A DNA stretch of 64,000 nt from a virus, in IMG/VR virus record IMGVR_UViG_3300032220_001630, positions 1 through 64,000 of that record; one strand, 5' to 3'. Each line of letters starts with the position of its first letter. Positions within the stretch are counted from its first letter, which is position 1. Shown one piece after another: positions 32,083-41,086 of this stretch. The notes beneath the pieces were generated by a model. It saw only the letters and a program-made list of their open reading frames with translations, did not search any database and was not told where the DNA came from. A program made the translations under genes and the position numbers.

Positions 32083-34143
32083 ATGGAAAAAAACTTAGAC
32101 TACGTACTTATACTAGAAAAATCATCTAATAATCTTTCGTCTGTAAAAAAAGACGGAGATTATTTCTTAGAAGGTGTAGCTGCTGTATTCGGGGTAGAAA
32201 ATTCAAATCATAGAATATATGAGGAGAAGGAATATCTTCCACATTTAGACTATCTTAAGAAGAAGATCGATCAAAATAGATTAGTAGGTGAATTAGATCA
32301 CCCTAAAGAATTTGATGTGTCTTTAAAAAATATTTCTCATATCATCACAGATTTAGATTACGATGATGATAAAAGAGTAGTAAGAATTAAAGTTAAGCTT
32401 CTAGATACTCCAGCAGGTAAAATCGCAAAGAGTTTAGTTGATGCTGGTATACCTATTTCAATTTCTTCTAGAGCAGCAGGTAATGTAAAAGACAATAAAA
32501 AAGTAGAGATCAAGAAGATTTTTACTTATGATCTTGTTGCAGATCCTGGATTCGAAAATGCTCAATTAGAAAGAGTTCAAGAGAGTCTATACGAGAGTTT
32601 AGGATACGGTTCTTTTAATGATACACAAAAAAGTTCAGTAATTTCCACACTTACCAATATAAATGAAAGTTTTGGTCTAAGAAAAAATTCCAACACGCAG
32701 ATATATAGAATTAAAGATACGGAGAAAATCTCTAGACTCTTGAAAGAAAACACAACAAATAATTCAAAGAATATGGACAATAACTTTGTCACTGCAGAAG
32801 AACTAAACGAATATTCTCTCATTCTTAAAAAAGAGATGGATTCTTTAAAGAATGAAATTAAATCCGTTTCTAAAGGTTCTAGTAATACATCTACTTCTAA
32901 TGGTGATCAATCTTTAGAAGAAAGAGTACAAAGACTTGAAAAATACTCTGAGTATCTTGCTGAGAATCTAGAATCTTCTATTAAGTATGGTGATTATTTA
33001 GCAGAAAATTTAGAAGGGTCTATATCTTACAATAAATATTTAGCTGAAAATCTTGACAAAGCTATTTCATATGCTAAATACTTAGCAGAGCACGTAGACG
33101 GAAATATTTCTTATTCTGAATACATCGCAGAGAATTTAGATAACAATATCGCTTATAGCAAATACATAGCTGAAAACTTAGACAAGAACATTTCTTACTC
33201 TGAGTACTTAGCAGAAAATTTAGATAAAAACATTTCGTATTCAGAATATCTTGCAGAGAACTTAGACAAGAACATTTCTTACTCTGAGTACCTAGCAGAA
33301 AATCTTGACAAAAACATTTCATATTCAGAATATCTTGCAGAGAACTTAGACAGAAACATTTCTTATTCTGACTATCTTGCAGAAAATTTAGATAAGAGCA
33401 TTTCTTATTCAGATTACCTAGGAGAAAAATTAAACGGTAACATTAACTACTCTGACTATTTAGCAGAGAAAGTTAAATCTGGTATCGAATACACTCAATA
33501 CGTTGCAGAGTCAATGAATAAGGGTGGATCTCCTAAAGCTGATTTAGGAAAACAAGTTAATGAATCAGTTAACACTGGCAAGAGAACTTCAGGTTTCTCA
33601 GGAGACTACACTTCTCTTTCAGGTAAGGTTGATCAATTAATAGAATCTCTTAATAAGAACAAGACTGAAGAAATTATTAGTGAAAATAAATATTCTTTCT
33701 TAAAGCTTGTCGATGACAATACCAAGAAAGGATTTCTTTCTTTGAACGAGGCCGAAAAACAAAAGGTCGCTAAAGCTCTTAACGAGCAGAACTATAATTC
33801 GGGTACGGATGTAGTTCAAATAATGGGATCTGCTTTAACTGAGCAGGTTAACTCAGGAGAAAAATTCTTAGACATGATGCCAGAAGATTTGGTACCGGTT
33901 TGGGAGTCTTTAAATGAATCACAAAGAGCATCAATTATTGCTCAGAGTAAATTCTACAAATTAGACACACCTTATCAGATCAATCACTTCTGGAGAACAC
34001 GTCCTAATTTTTCAGCTCCAGCTGCTAACCTAGAACAATTAAGCGAATCTCAGCAAGTTCAAAACAACACTGCTAAAATGGGGATCAGCAATAGCTATCT
34101 CCAAAACATCGCAGCTGAATTGGACAAAAGATTTAAAAAATAA
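32083..34143 (+). CDS. gp21: Prohead protease (gp21-like) fused to scaffold/core protein
   Basis: 'N.N.RIY', GELDHP, 'SH.I', 'LDTPAGKI', 'ISSRAAG', 'YDLVADPGF'; long helical repeat C-terminal part; directly before the capsid gene. Confidence 0.9.
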   Translation: MEKNLDYVLILEKSSNNLSSVKKDGDYFLEGVAAVFGVENSNHRIYEEKEYLPHLDYLKKKIDQNRLVGELDHPKEFDVSLKNISHIITDLDYDDDKRVVRIKVKLLDTPAGKIAKSLVDAGIPISISSRAAGNVKDNKKVEIKKIFTYDLVADPGFENAQLERVQESLYESLGYGSFNDTQKSSVISTLTNINESFGLRKNSNTQIYRIKDTEKISRLLKENTTNNSKNMDNNFVTAEELNEYSLILKKEMDSLKNEIKSVSKGSSNTSTSNGDQSLEERVQRLEKYSEYLAENLESSIKYGDYLAENLEGSISYNKYLAENLDKAISYAKYLAEHVDGNISYSEYIAENLDNNIAYSKYIAENLDKNISYSEYLAENLDKNISYSEYLAENLDKNISYSEYLAENLDKNISYSEYLAENLDRNISYSDYLAENLDKSISYSDYLGEKLNGNINYSDYLAEKVKSGIEYTQYVAESMNKGGSPKADLGKQVNESVNTGKRTSGFSGDYTSLSGKVDQLIESLNKNKTEEIISENKYSFLKLVDDNTKKGFLSLNEAEKQKVAKALNEQNYNSGTDVVQIMGSALTEQVNSGEKFLDMMPEDLVPVWESLNESQRASIIAQSKFYKLDTPYQINHFWRTRPNFSAPAANLEQLSESQQVQNNTAKMGISNSYLQNIAAELDKRFKK
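32700..32707 (+). promoter_or_regulatory. Internal late promoter before a nested in-frame start (ATG 32773)
   Basis: GATATATA at the protease/scaffold boundary. Confidence 0.55.
32944..33510 (+). repeat. 14 x 42-bp coding repeat (YSEYLAENLDKNIS; last unit partial)
   Basis: In-frame 14-aa repeat with synonymous variation. Confidence 0.92.
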
Positions 34144-34155
34144 GATCTAAAAAAA

Positions 34156-35943
34156 ATGCAACTCTTAAATCAAAACGAGATCTACGAAACATGGTCTCCT
34201 ATCATTGAGAGCAAGACCGGCATGACTGATCGTTCAAAAGTAGAATGGCTTTCTAAATATTGCCACTTCCACTCACTTAACGAATCTGCTGGAGCTTATA
34301 ACTCTCTTTCAGTAATCCCAGGTATGGGTAACATCTTACCTCCAGGTAACTACTCAGGTGGTGCTGCTGGTGCTGGTAACGCAGGTTTTTACTACAACAA
34401 CACTTACAACGCTGGTACTCCATATGTTGGTTCTGGTGATAAGTTCCCTTCATTACTTCCATTGGCTATTCAGGTAGCTGCTAAAACCGTTGGTTTTGAC
34501 ATCGTTCCTGTTATTCCTATGGCTGGTCCTACAGGGGTACTTTCTTACCTTGACTATGTATATGCAGGTGGTACTTTAACTGGTACTTCAACAGATTCAG
34601 GTACAGGTTACATCGCTAATACACCTGATATGATCAAGGTTCCTATTGCGACTGCATCTCCAGTATACGGTACTTTAACTGTAGGTTCTAACTACGCTAT
34701 TTACGTAACTGGTGCAGCTCCTACTTCAGGTCTTGCTTCTGGTAACGCTGGTGCTATTGGTACTTACGTTGGTAACTCACGTATTGACGGTTTCCCAATC
34801 TTCAGAATTATCGGTATCACTACTGGTTCTTCAGTTGCTGCTGCAATCACTGCTAACTCTGAGATTAAAGCTGTTACTTTAACTTCTGCAGCTGGTGCAA
34901 TCCCTACATGGGCATCACTTGGTTCTTTAGTTGCTTACTCTGGTGGTGCTGCTGTATTAGTTAAAACGTTAGAAGATCACATCCAAGGTTTCTCTGGTGC
35001 TGGTCCAACTAACAACAACAACTGGCAAGGTCCTTACGTAGACGGTACTCAAAACTACGATCCAATGTTAAGAGGTACAGCCGAGTCAACTTACTTCAAG
35101 TCTCTTGGTTTATCTACTTTCACTAAGTTCGTAGAAGCTGGTACTTTCCAAGTTGCTGCTTCTGTTACTACTGAGCAAATCCAAGACCTTAACAAGCAAT
35201 TCGGTATCGACGTAGTTTCTATGATCGAGAACGCTCTTGTTAACGAGGTTTCTCAAGCTATTAACAAGCACATCTTATCAAGAGGTTTTGCTCTTGGTTG
35301 GTCAAACCACTCACAATTCTTCGTAACTGAAAGTACAAACCTTAACCTTAACTTAGTAATTGGCGGTCTTGCTGCAAGTTATGCAGTTCCTTCTTACGTA
35401 GGTAAGACTGGTTCTCCTGTAACTGGAGCACCAGGTTCAGTTGCTGGTCCTGCTTCAGGTACTTTCGAGAACTTATCAACAGTTCAAAGAAGACTTTACA
35501 GCCGTATCTTAGCTGCTGCTAACGTAGTTGCTAACAGAGGTCGTAGAGGTCCTGCTAACTTCATCGTTACTAACTCACAAATTGCTTCTGCTCTACAAGA
35601 CATTAGCCAATTTACATTCGCTCCATTTACTAACACTCTTACTCAAAACAACGGTACTTTATACCCAGTAGGTTCACTTGCAGGTATGACAGTATATGTT
35701 GACCAAAACATGTCATTCGGTGACACTAGAGTATTAGTTGGTAGAAAAGGTGCTGATGATGAGCCAGGTATGAAGTTCATGCCTTACATGATGGCTGAAT
35801 CAATTCAGACTATCTCTGAAGGTACTATGTCTCCTAAGATCGCGGTTAAGTCTCGTTACTCTTTAGTTGAGGCTGGTCACTTACCAGAGACTATGTATTT
35901 CACGTTCCACGTTAATACTGGTTCTGCTACTTCTATCATCTAA
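34156..35943 (+). CDS. gp23: Major capsid protein (T4 gp23-like)
   Basis: 'W.PIIE', 'V.PMAGPTG', 'EQIQDL', 'RRGPANFIV', 'FMPY', 'PKIAVKSRY'; strong high-expression codon bias. Confidence 0.95.
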   Translation: MQLLNQNEIYETWSPIIESKTGMTDRSKVEWLSKYCHFHSLNESAGAYNSLSVIPGMGNILPPGNYSGGAAGAGNAGFYYNNTYNAGTPYVGSGDKFPSLLPLAIQVAAKTVGFDIVPVIPMAGPTGVLSYLDYVYAGGTLTGTSTDSGTGYIANTPDMIKVPIATASPVYGTLTVGSNYAIYVTGAAPTSGLASGNAGAIGTYVGNSRIDGFPIFRIIGITTGSSVAAAITANSEIKAVTLTSAAGAIPTWASLGSLVAYSGGAAVLVKTLEDHIQGFSGAGPTNNNNWQGPYVDGTQNYDPMLRGTAESTYFKSLGLSTFTKFVEAGTFQVAASVTTEQIQDLNKQFGIDVVSMIENALVNEVSQAINKHILSRGFALGWSNHSQFFVTESTNLNLNLVIGGLAASYAVPSYVGKTGSPVTGAPGSVAGPASGTFENLSTVQRRLYSRILAAANVVANRGRRGPANFIVTNSQIASALQDISQFTFAPFTNTLTQNNGTLYPVGSLAGMTVYVDQNMSFGDTRVLVGRKGADDEPGMKFMPYMMAESIQTISEGTMSPKIAVKSRYSLVEAGHLPETMYFTFHVNTGSATSII

Positions 35944-35960
35944 TTGATATAAGTTATAAT

Positions 35961-35992
35961 AAAAAAAAGGGTCTCTTCGGAGACCCTTTTTT
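35961..35992 (+). terminator. Intrinsic terminator with cUUCGg loop
   Basis: AAAAAGGGTCTC-TTCG-GAGACCCTTTTTT. Confidence 0.9.
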
Positions 35993-36039
35993 ATTTGTTT
36001 TGGTTCCTAGGAAGGATATATAGACTAAAAGAAAGCTGT

Positions 36040-37035
36040 ATGTTATTCGAAAACATAAAACAATACGACAAAGCTAAAAAAGCTCTTATAGAGAACGAAG
36101 GGAATATTAATCTAGTATTTAATATCCTAAAAAACGATCAGGATTTTAAAACACTTTCAGAAGGTGAATTAAGATCCTCTTTAAGTGAGCTTAACGAAGG
36201 ATTAGGAGAAAGAATAGTTAATTTTATAGGTGGAGCTTTTGGTGGAGATATAAGCAAAATAAAAACAGTTCTTACTCAAATGAAAGAGCAGGAATTAAAA
36301 TTTAATAGAGAGGAGAACGAGATATACAATGAATTCTATAGCTTATTACAAGACAAAAAACAACTAGAAAAGGCTAAAGATAATCCCAATCGCGAATCCC
36401 TTAGTAAGGATATTACCACAGGTATGAATGCTCTTAATACTAGAATGAGAGAGCTAACTAAGACACATGACGAAATATTTAATGCTCTAGAAGAGAAAGT
36501 AAAAAGTCTTGTAGGTGATAATAGTAGAAAGAAAAGATATTTTAATGCACAGAGAGCAACTGATGTATTAGAAACTAAAAACGACAGATATGAGAAGATA
36601 AAAGCTATAACTGCTAAGAGCGCAAAAAGATCACAGGAACTAGAAAGTTTCTTTGGCGTTGATGTAGAAGGAACAAAAAAAGAGGCAGAAAAAGCTGCAG
36701 CAGAGGCAGAAAAAAAGGTTGACACTTTAACAAATTCACAGACTGCACCAACAGCAAGTACTACATCTTCTACTAGTAAAAATGTAAAGATATCTTTTGA
36801 CGAAAGTCCAGAAAAAGAACTATTTCAGAAACTAGAAAAAATTAAAAATGATCCAGGAGGATTCTATGCAAAAAGAAAAAACCTGGAGGATCTAGAAGAG
36901 GAAATCTTGATTGCTACCAATGATGATGCTTTTAAAAACTATTCAGAGGAAAAAAAGAAATCGATCAATAATTTATATCTTTTAACTAAACAACTCTACA
37001 AAGAGCTGGAGAGAGAAGCAACTAAAATCAAATAA
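36040..37035 (+). CDS. Helical late protein (probable internal head protein)
   Basis: GATATATA at 36015, ATG at 36040; 'LNEG...GG.F....SKI..VL..MK' shared with the next gene. Confidence 0.6.
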   Translation: MLFENIKQYDKAKKALIENEGNINLVFNILKNDQDFKTLSEGELRSSLSELNEGLGERIVNFIGGAFGGDISKIKTVLTQMKEQELKFNREENEIYNEFYSLLQDKKQLEKAKDNPNRESLSKDITTGMNALNTRMRELTKTHDEIFNALEEKVKSLVGDNSRKKRYFNAQRATDVLETKNDRYEKIKAITAKSAKRSQELESFFGVDVEGTKKEAEKAAAEAEKKVDTLTNSQTAPTASTTSSTSKNVKISFDESPEKELFQKLEKIKNDPGGFYAKRKNLEDLEEEILIATNDDAFKNYSEEKKKSINNLYLLTKQLYKELEREATKIK

Positions 37036-37036
37036 A

Positions 37037-37909
37037 ATGGAGATTAAAAGATTAAAGGATTTTGAATTAAACGAGGGAATTATTTCTTCAATATTTGGCG
37101 GGATTGGTGATTTTTTTAAAAGTAAAAAATCAAAAATTGAATCAATTCTAAAAAGTATTAAGAAAGCAAAAGAAGAGGACGTTAGCCATATAATTAATGT
37201 GGAAAAGGAAATCTGGAACATGCCTAAGGATAATTCTCCTGAATACAGATTTCAAATTACTAATCTGAATAGACAGGTTAGAACATACAGCTCCTTAAAA
37301 AGACAAGAGATGGATTCCTTAATAAAGGAAGCAAATAAGATAATTGATAACGACCCAAAATTACAGGCTTTTTTCAGTGCAGGTCTTGCTAAAATAGAAG
37401 CAGATGTAACTGAGAAAATGATCAAAGGATTAAAGCCTTATAAGGAGAAAACTTATCTAGATCAATTAAATGCAGAGTTTGATTCATTAGTTAGAGATGC
37501 TACAAAAAAATCTGAATTTTATAGTGAATACTCAGAAAGACCTTCATATGCTGGAGATTTTGAATCAATCCGTGAAAATACACCTCCAGAGGTATTCGCC
37601 TTTATAGATTCAACTAATGGAAAAAATATTGAATACATGGAAGGACTAGGTAACGAAGATCTTTACAAACTATACAATAAAATTAAAGACTTCTCTTTTG
37701 ACCTAGACGTTAGATACAAAAAAACAATAGATTCATTAAGAAAGGATCGAAAAAGATTTGCTAAGGAAGATCAGGATTACTTAACTCCTCCTATAGAAAA
37801 AGAGGAGATAAGAATTAAAAACGAAGCATTTTTTATTATGGAAAGGCTAAAAACTAAAATTTCCCTAATAGAAAAAGAAATTAAATCTAGAAAATATGGG
37901 AATAGTTAA
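37037..37909 (+). CDS. Helical late protein, paralogue of the previous gene
   Basis: N-terminus 'MEIKRLKDFELNEGIISSIFGG'. Confidence 0.6.
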   Translation: MEIKRLKDFELNEGIISSIFGGIGDFFKSKKSKIESILKSIKKAKEEDVSHIINVEKEIWNMPKDNSPEYRFQITNLNRQVRTYSSLKRQEMDSLIKEANKIIDNDPKLQAFFSAGLAKIEADVTEKMIKGLKPYKEKTYLDQLNAEFDSLVRDATKKSEFYSEYSERPSYAGDFESIRENTPPEVFAFIDSTNGKNIEYMEGLGNEDLYKLYNKIKDFSFDLDVRYKKTIDSLRKDRKRFAKEDQDYLTPPIEKEEIRIKNEAFFIMERLKTKISLIEKEIKSRKYGNS

Positions 37910-38177
37910 ACTAAAGGATTTTCTATCTGAACAATCCACACAGGAAAAGGTAAAGGATCTACAGGCTAAAACCAATATAGAGAAAGAAATAATGGAGATT
38001 GATAAAAGAATCTCCGACATAGATCTTGCTCTGGCTAACTTAGCTAAAAGAGAGAAAGACGGGAGTCTTAAAAAAAGTGAATCCCTGTCTCAGCAAGCCA
38101 TAGAGCTACAAAAAAAAGTAGCAGAATTCCAGAAGAAATCACAGGCTGTTAAAAAGATGGAAAGCCTAGAAAAATAA
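37896..38177 (+). CDS. Small coiled-coil protein
   Basis: N-terminus 'MGIVKLKDFLSE'. Confidence 0.6.
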   Translation: MGIVKLKDFLSEQSTQEKVKDLQAKTNIEKEIMEIDKRISDIDLALANLAKREKDGSLKKSESLSQQAIELQKKVAEFQKKSQAVKKMESLEK

Positions 38178-38202
38178 GATATATAATAAAAAAAGACAAA
38201 AA

Positions 38203-38748
38203 ATGAGAAATTCGTATTTACCATACAATCCAGTTTTTGAATCTCTCTCCTTACAGGCAAGCAAATACACATCTTCACCAAGATTTAGTATTTATGAGAG
38301 GACTGATGATAAACTTAATGCAGAGGAAACACAGAAATATGCGATAACAATTATTAGTGATACTCTTTACCCTAATGTAACAGAATTTGCGTTAGCTGCT
38401 CCTATTGGTGATATGTATGATGTGATTTTACCACTATTATCAGAAAAATCCGACACATTATCTAAAAATGCTAAATTAGAAGATTTAGTTACTTCTATGT
38501 ACGAAATATGGGAAAAATGCTACAAATTGGCTTCTTCTCATAAAAGAAAAGACATTATTATGCCTTATTACGATAAGGTAAATGAGGGGATTAATCATGT
38601 AATGAAAGCATGGGCAGTTCTAAAAGATTCAGCCCAGGAATTAGAAAGACCAGAGCTTATAAATCTCGTTAACTCTAAAATGGAGGAAAATACTAAAGTC
38701 CTAAAAAAGAGTATAGCAGATGTTAAAGCTAGACTGGGAAAAAAATAA
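38203..38748 (+). CDS. Hypothetical late protein
   Basis: GATATATA at 38178; 'YNPVFESL' resembles the N-terminus of 29457. Confidence 0.6.
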   Translation: MRNSYLPYNPVFESLSLQASKYTSSPRFSIYERTDDKLNAEETQKYAITIISDTLYPNVTEFALAAPIGDMYDVILPLLSEKSDTLSKNAKLEDLVTSMYEIWEKCYKLASSHKRKDIIMPYYDKVNEGINHVMKAWAVLKDSAQELERPELINLVNSKMEENTKVLKKSIADVKARLGKK

Positions 38749-38766
38749 AAAATAATATAAATCCAA

Positions 38767-40500
38767 ATGGCAATCAGTAATAATTTTAGAATGTTAATGG
38801 AGGACATGAAAAGAATCCCCATTGTAACAGAAGATAAGAGTGAAAGAAGAGAGAGAAGAGAAAAAAGAAGGGAAGAAAGAAAATCTGGAAGATTCGAGGA
38901 TACAACCAAAGATTTTAATCTTAACTCTTTTATGTCTGCTCTTAACTCTTTAAAAAATTCTATTGTATCTCAAATAGTATCTTGCGATAATTCTATTGCT
39001 AACCCTGATTTAGGAAATAAACAAAATGCAGAGAAATACAAGGGTATATTTAATAAACAGTTAGATAAAGTTGCGTTATTATTAGCGAAAGCTCAAAATA
39101 AAAAAGATACTGGAGAGGGTAGAAAATTAGAGTCTGGTAGTAAAGATCAAAGTATTATAGATTCTTTCAGAAAACAATATCAGCAAGTACTAGACGATTT
39201 TACAAAGAGCTCAGAAGAATATGAAGTCAATTCTGGTAAAGAATATGACGAGTATGTATCTAAAATTGATTTCTCTGAATTAGAAAAACCATTATCAGCA
39301 GCAAATAAAGCATTTGTAGAAGCAAAACTGCTATCTTCAGATGTATTAAAAGAGATTAAGGATGTTTTAGCAATAGAAGGTGCGGGAAGTACAGGTTCAG
39401 GAGGTTCTACTGGAGGAACTAATAGTGGCTCAACAAATACATCAAGTATTAAAGTTGCTAAAACAATTAAAAGTGGTACAACTCCAACAGGTGAAGATGC
39501 TGAGATAACTAAAAAGATTTTTGCATTAATCTGTGAAAAATGGAAAGAATCGAAAACATTAACTGCTACTACAGCATGGAAAAAATCAGCATTCTGTTCA
39601 CCTGGTTCATTAATCTTAGGACCTAACAGAAAAAAATGTGTAGCTGCAATTAAAGCTGCATATGGTATTTCCGATAGCAGTGGAGATTTAACACAAGAGT
39701 TAGTGGATAAATTATCTGCATCTGAAGCAGTTAAAGAATCATTCGAAGTTAAATCAATTCCTACATCTTCGAGACTTCTTTCTTTCAATGATTTTTTATC
39801 CGCGAAATCAACATTCAATGAAGAGGTTAATATGGATGCTCTTAAAAAAGCATTAGGCGGTGGATCATCAGATGGTAAAAGTAAATCTGGATCTTCTGAT
39901 AAAAAAAGTAGCTGGGAATCTCCATTCAAAAATAAGGAAGAAGGAGACGCTTTTAGAAAATGGGTTAATGATAATCATTCAGACTGGGCTAAAGAAAATA
40001 AACTTGACGTAAGTGGAAGCCACACTAACTCTTTCGTTAAAAAAGCTTGGGAAAAATTCAAGAATGACTATAAGCCAGGTGAAAATAAATCAGACAGTAA
40101 AGTAGATTCTGGAAACGCAAGTGAAAATGCTGCTGAGATAGAAAAACTAATGTTATCAGCTTCTGATTCAATCGTTGAGCTTTTCAATAACGCAGAATTT
40201 TGGAGAGATTATAAAGGTAAATTTGATGACAACGAAGAAAAAGCTAAAGTTGGATTCAATGATTGGTGGGATAATAATATCTTAAGAAAAAAACTTAAGC
40301 CCGCTAAGCAAAAATTAGAGACTTTACCAGAAGATTCAGACGAAAAGAGTACTTGCAAGAAAATGTACGACACTATCGTAGGTCTAAAAAGCACTATAGA
40401 TAATAAAATCATAGGCGAAACAGAGAACGATACTGCCACTTGGAAAATGTATTTGTTAAACGGAGAAGCTAAAAGCTACAAAGTAGATACAGATTTCTAA
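38767..40500 (+). CDS. Large probable internal virion protein
   Basis: 577 aa; GSTG linker and internal 'LLSFNDFL' motif; architecture resembles 29457. Confidence 0.55.
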   Translation: MAISNNFRMLMEDMKRIPIVTEDKSERRERREKRREERKSGRFEDTTKDFNLNSFMSALNSLKNSIVSQIVSCDNSIANPDLGNKQNAEKYKGIFNKQLDKVALLLAKAQNKKDTGEGRKLESGSKDQSIIDSFRKQYQQVLDDFTKSSEEYEVNSGKEYDEYVSKIDFSELEKPLSAANKAFVEAKLLSSDVLKEIKDVLAIEGAGSTGSGGSTGGTNSGSTNTSSIKVAKTIKSGTTPTGEDAEITKKIFALICEKWKESKTLTATTAWKKSAFCSPGSLILGPNRKKCVAAIKAAYGISDSSGDLTQELVDKLSASEAVKESFEVKSIPTSSRLLSFNDFLSAKSTFNEEVNMDALKKALGGGSSDGKSKSGSSDKKSSWESPFKNKEEGDAFRKWVNDNHSDWAKENKLDVSGSHTNSFVKKAWEKFKNDYKPGENKSDSKVDSGNASENAAEIEKLMLSASDSIVELFNNAEFWRDYKGKFDDNEEKAKVGFNDWWDNNILRKKLKPAKQKLETLPEDSDEKSTCKKMYDTIVGLKSTIDNKIIGETENDTATWKMYLLNGEAKSYKVDTDF

Positions 40501-40545
40501 AAGCAAGAAATTTTTAATAAATTAGGGGTATAATGAATAAACATT

Positions 40546-41082
40546 ATGCCCCTTTTAATTGTAGAAGGTCCTAGAAAATCCGGTAAAAGTTACCTAATAT
40601 CCCAGCAGGATTCTCTTCCAGTTTTTAAGTTTAACTTCAATGAGAATTTTGCATACTGGAACTTTGACAAAAATGGTAAAGATGTTCATTGGTTTGGACT
40701 GGGAAAAGAAGTTATGCTTCACGAATTGAACAATGCTGGATTTATTCCAAAGATGATTGTTGACAGGGGTATACTTACAAATTCAGTATGGGGAGTTTTC
40801 CAAAAGAGAATAACAGAGGAACAGGCAAAAAAAGATCTTGTTAATTTCTATAAAAGAGGACTTTTTAACGATGTAAGTATCTTGCTAATCGAAGGTAATT
40901 ACAAGAAGGATAGAGTAAAAGATATATGGGATCAAGACGATGCTAGACAGGATGAAGAAAGACGTCTTTTTTCATCGTTTTCTTTGCTTTTACGAGACTT
41001 AGGAGTAGAGGTCAATGTTTTCCATAATAATATGGATTTGGACTCCGTAATAAGATTTAAAACAAAAATATCAGAATTATAA
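40546..41082 (+). CDS. P-loop nucleotide (dNMP-type) kinase
   Basis: 'IVEGPRKSGKS', 'IVDRG'. Confidence 0.72.
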   Translation: MPLLIVEGPRKSGKSYLISQQDSLPVFKFNFNENFAYWNFDKNGKDVHWFGLGKEVMLHELNNAGFIPKMIVDRGILTNSVWGVFQKRITEEQAKKDLVNFYKRGLFNDVSILLIEGNYKKDRVKDIWDQDDARQDEERRLFSSFSLLLRDLGVEVNVFHNNMDLDSVIRFKTKISEL

Positions 41083-41086
41083 AAAC

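Noticed and set aside
32944-33510. 42-bp periodic repeats as a CRISPR array
   Set aside because: No unique spacers; the repeats are in frame and vary mainly at synonymous positions
38735-38780. G_GGA_AAA/A-run before the stop as another frameshift
   Set aside because: The -1 frame closes within about 12 codons and no stimulatory hairpin is evident
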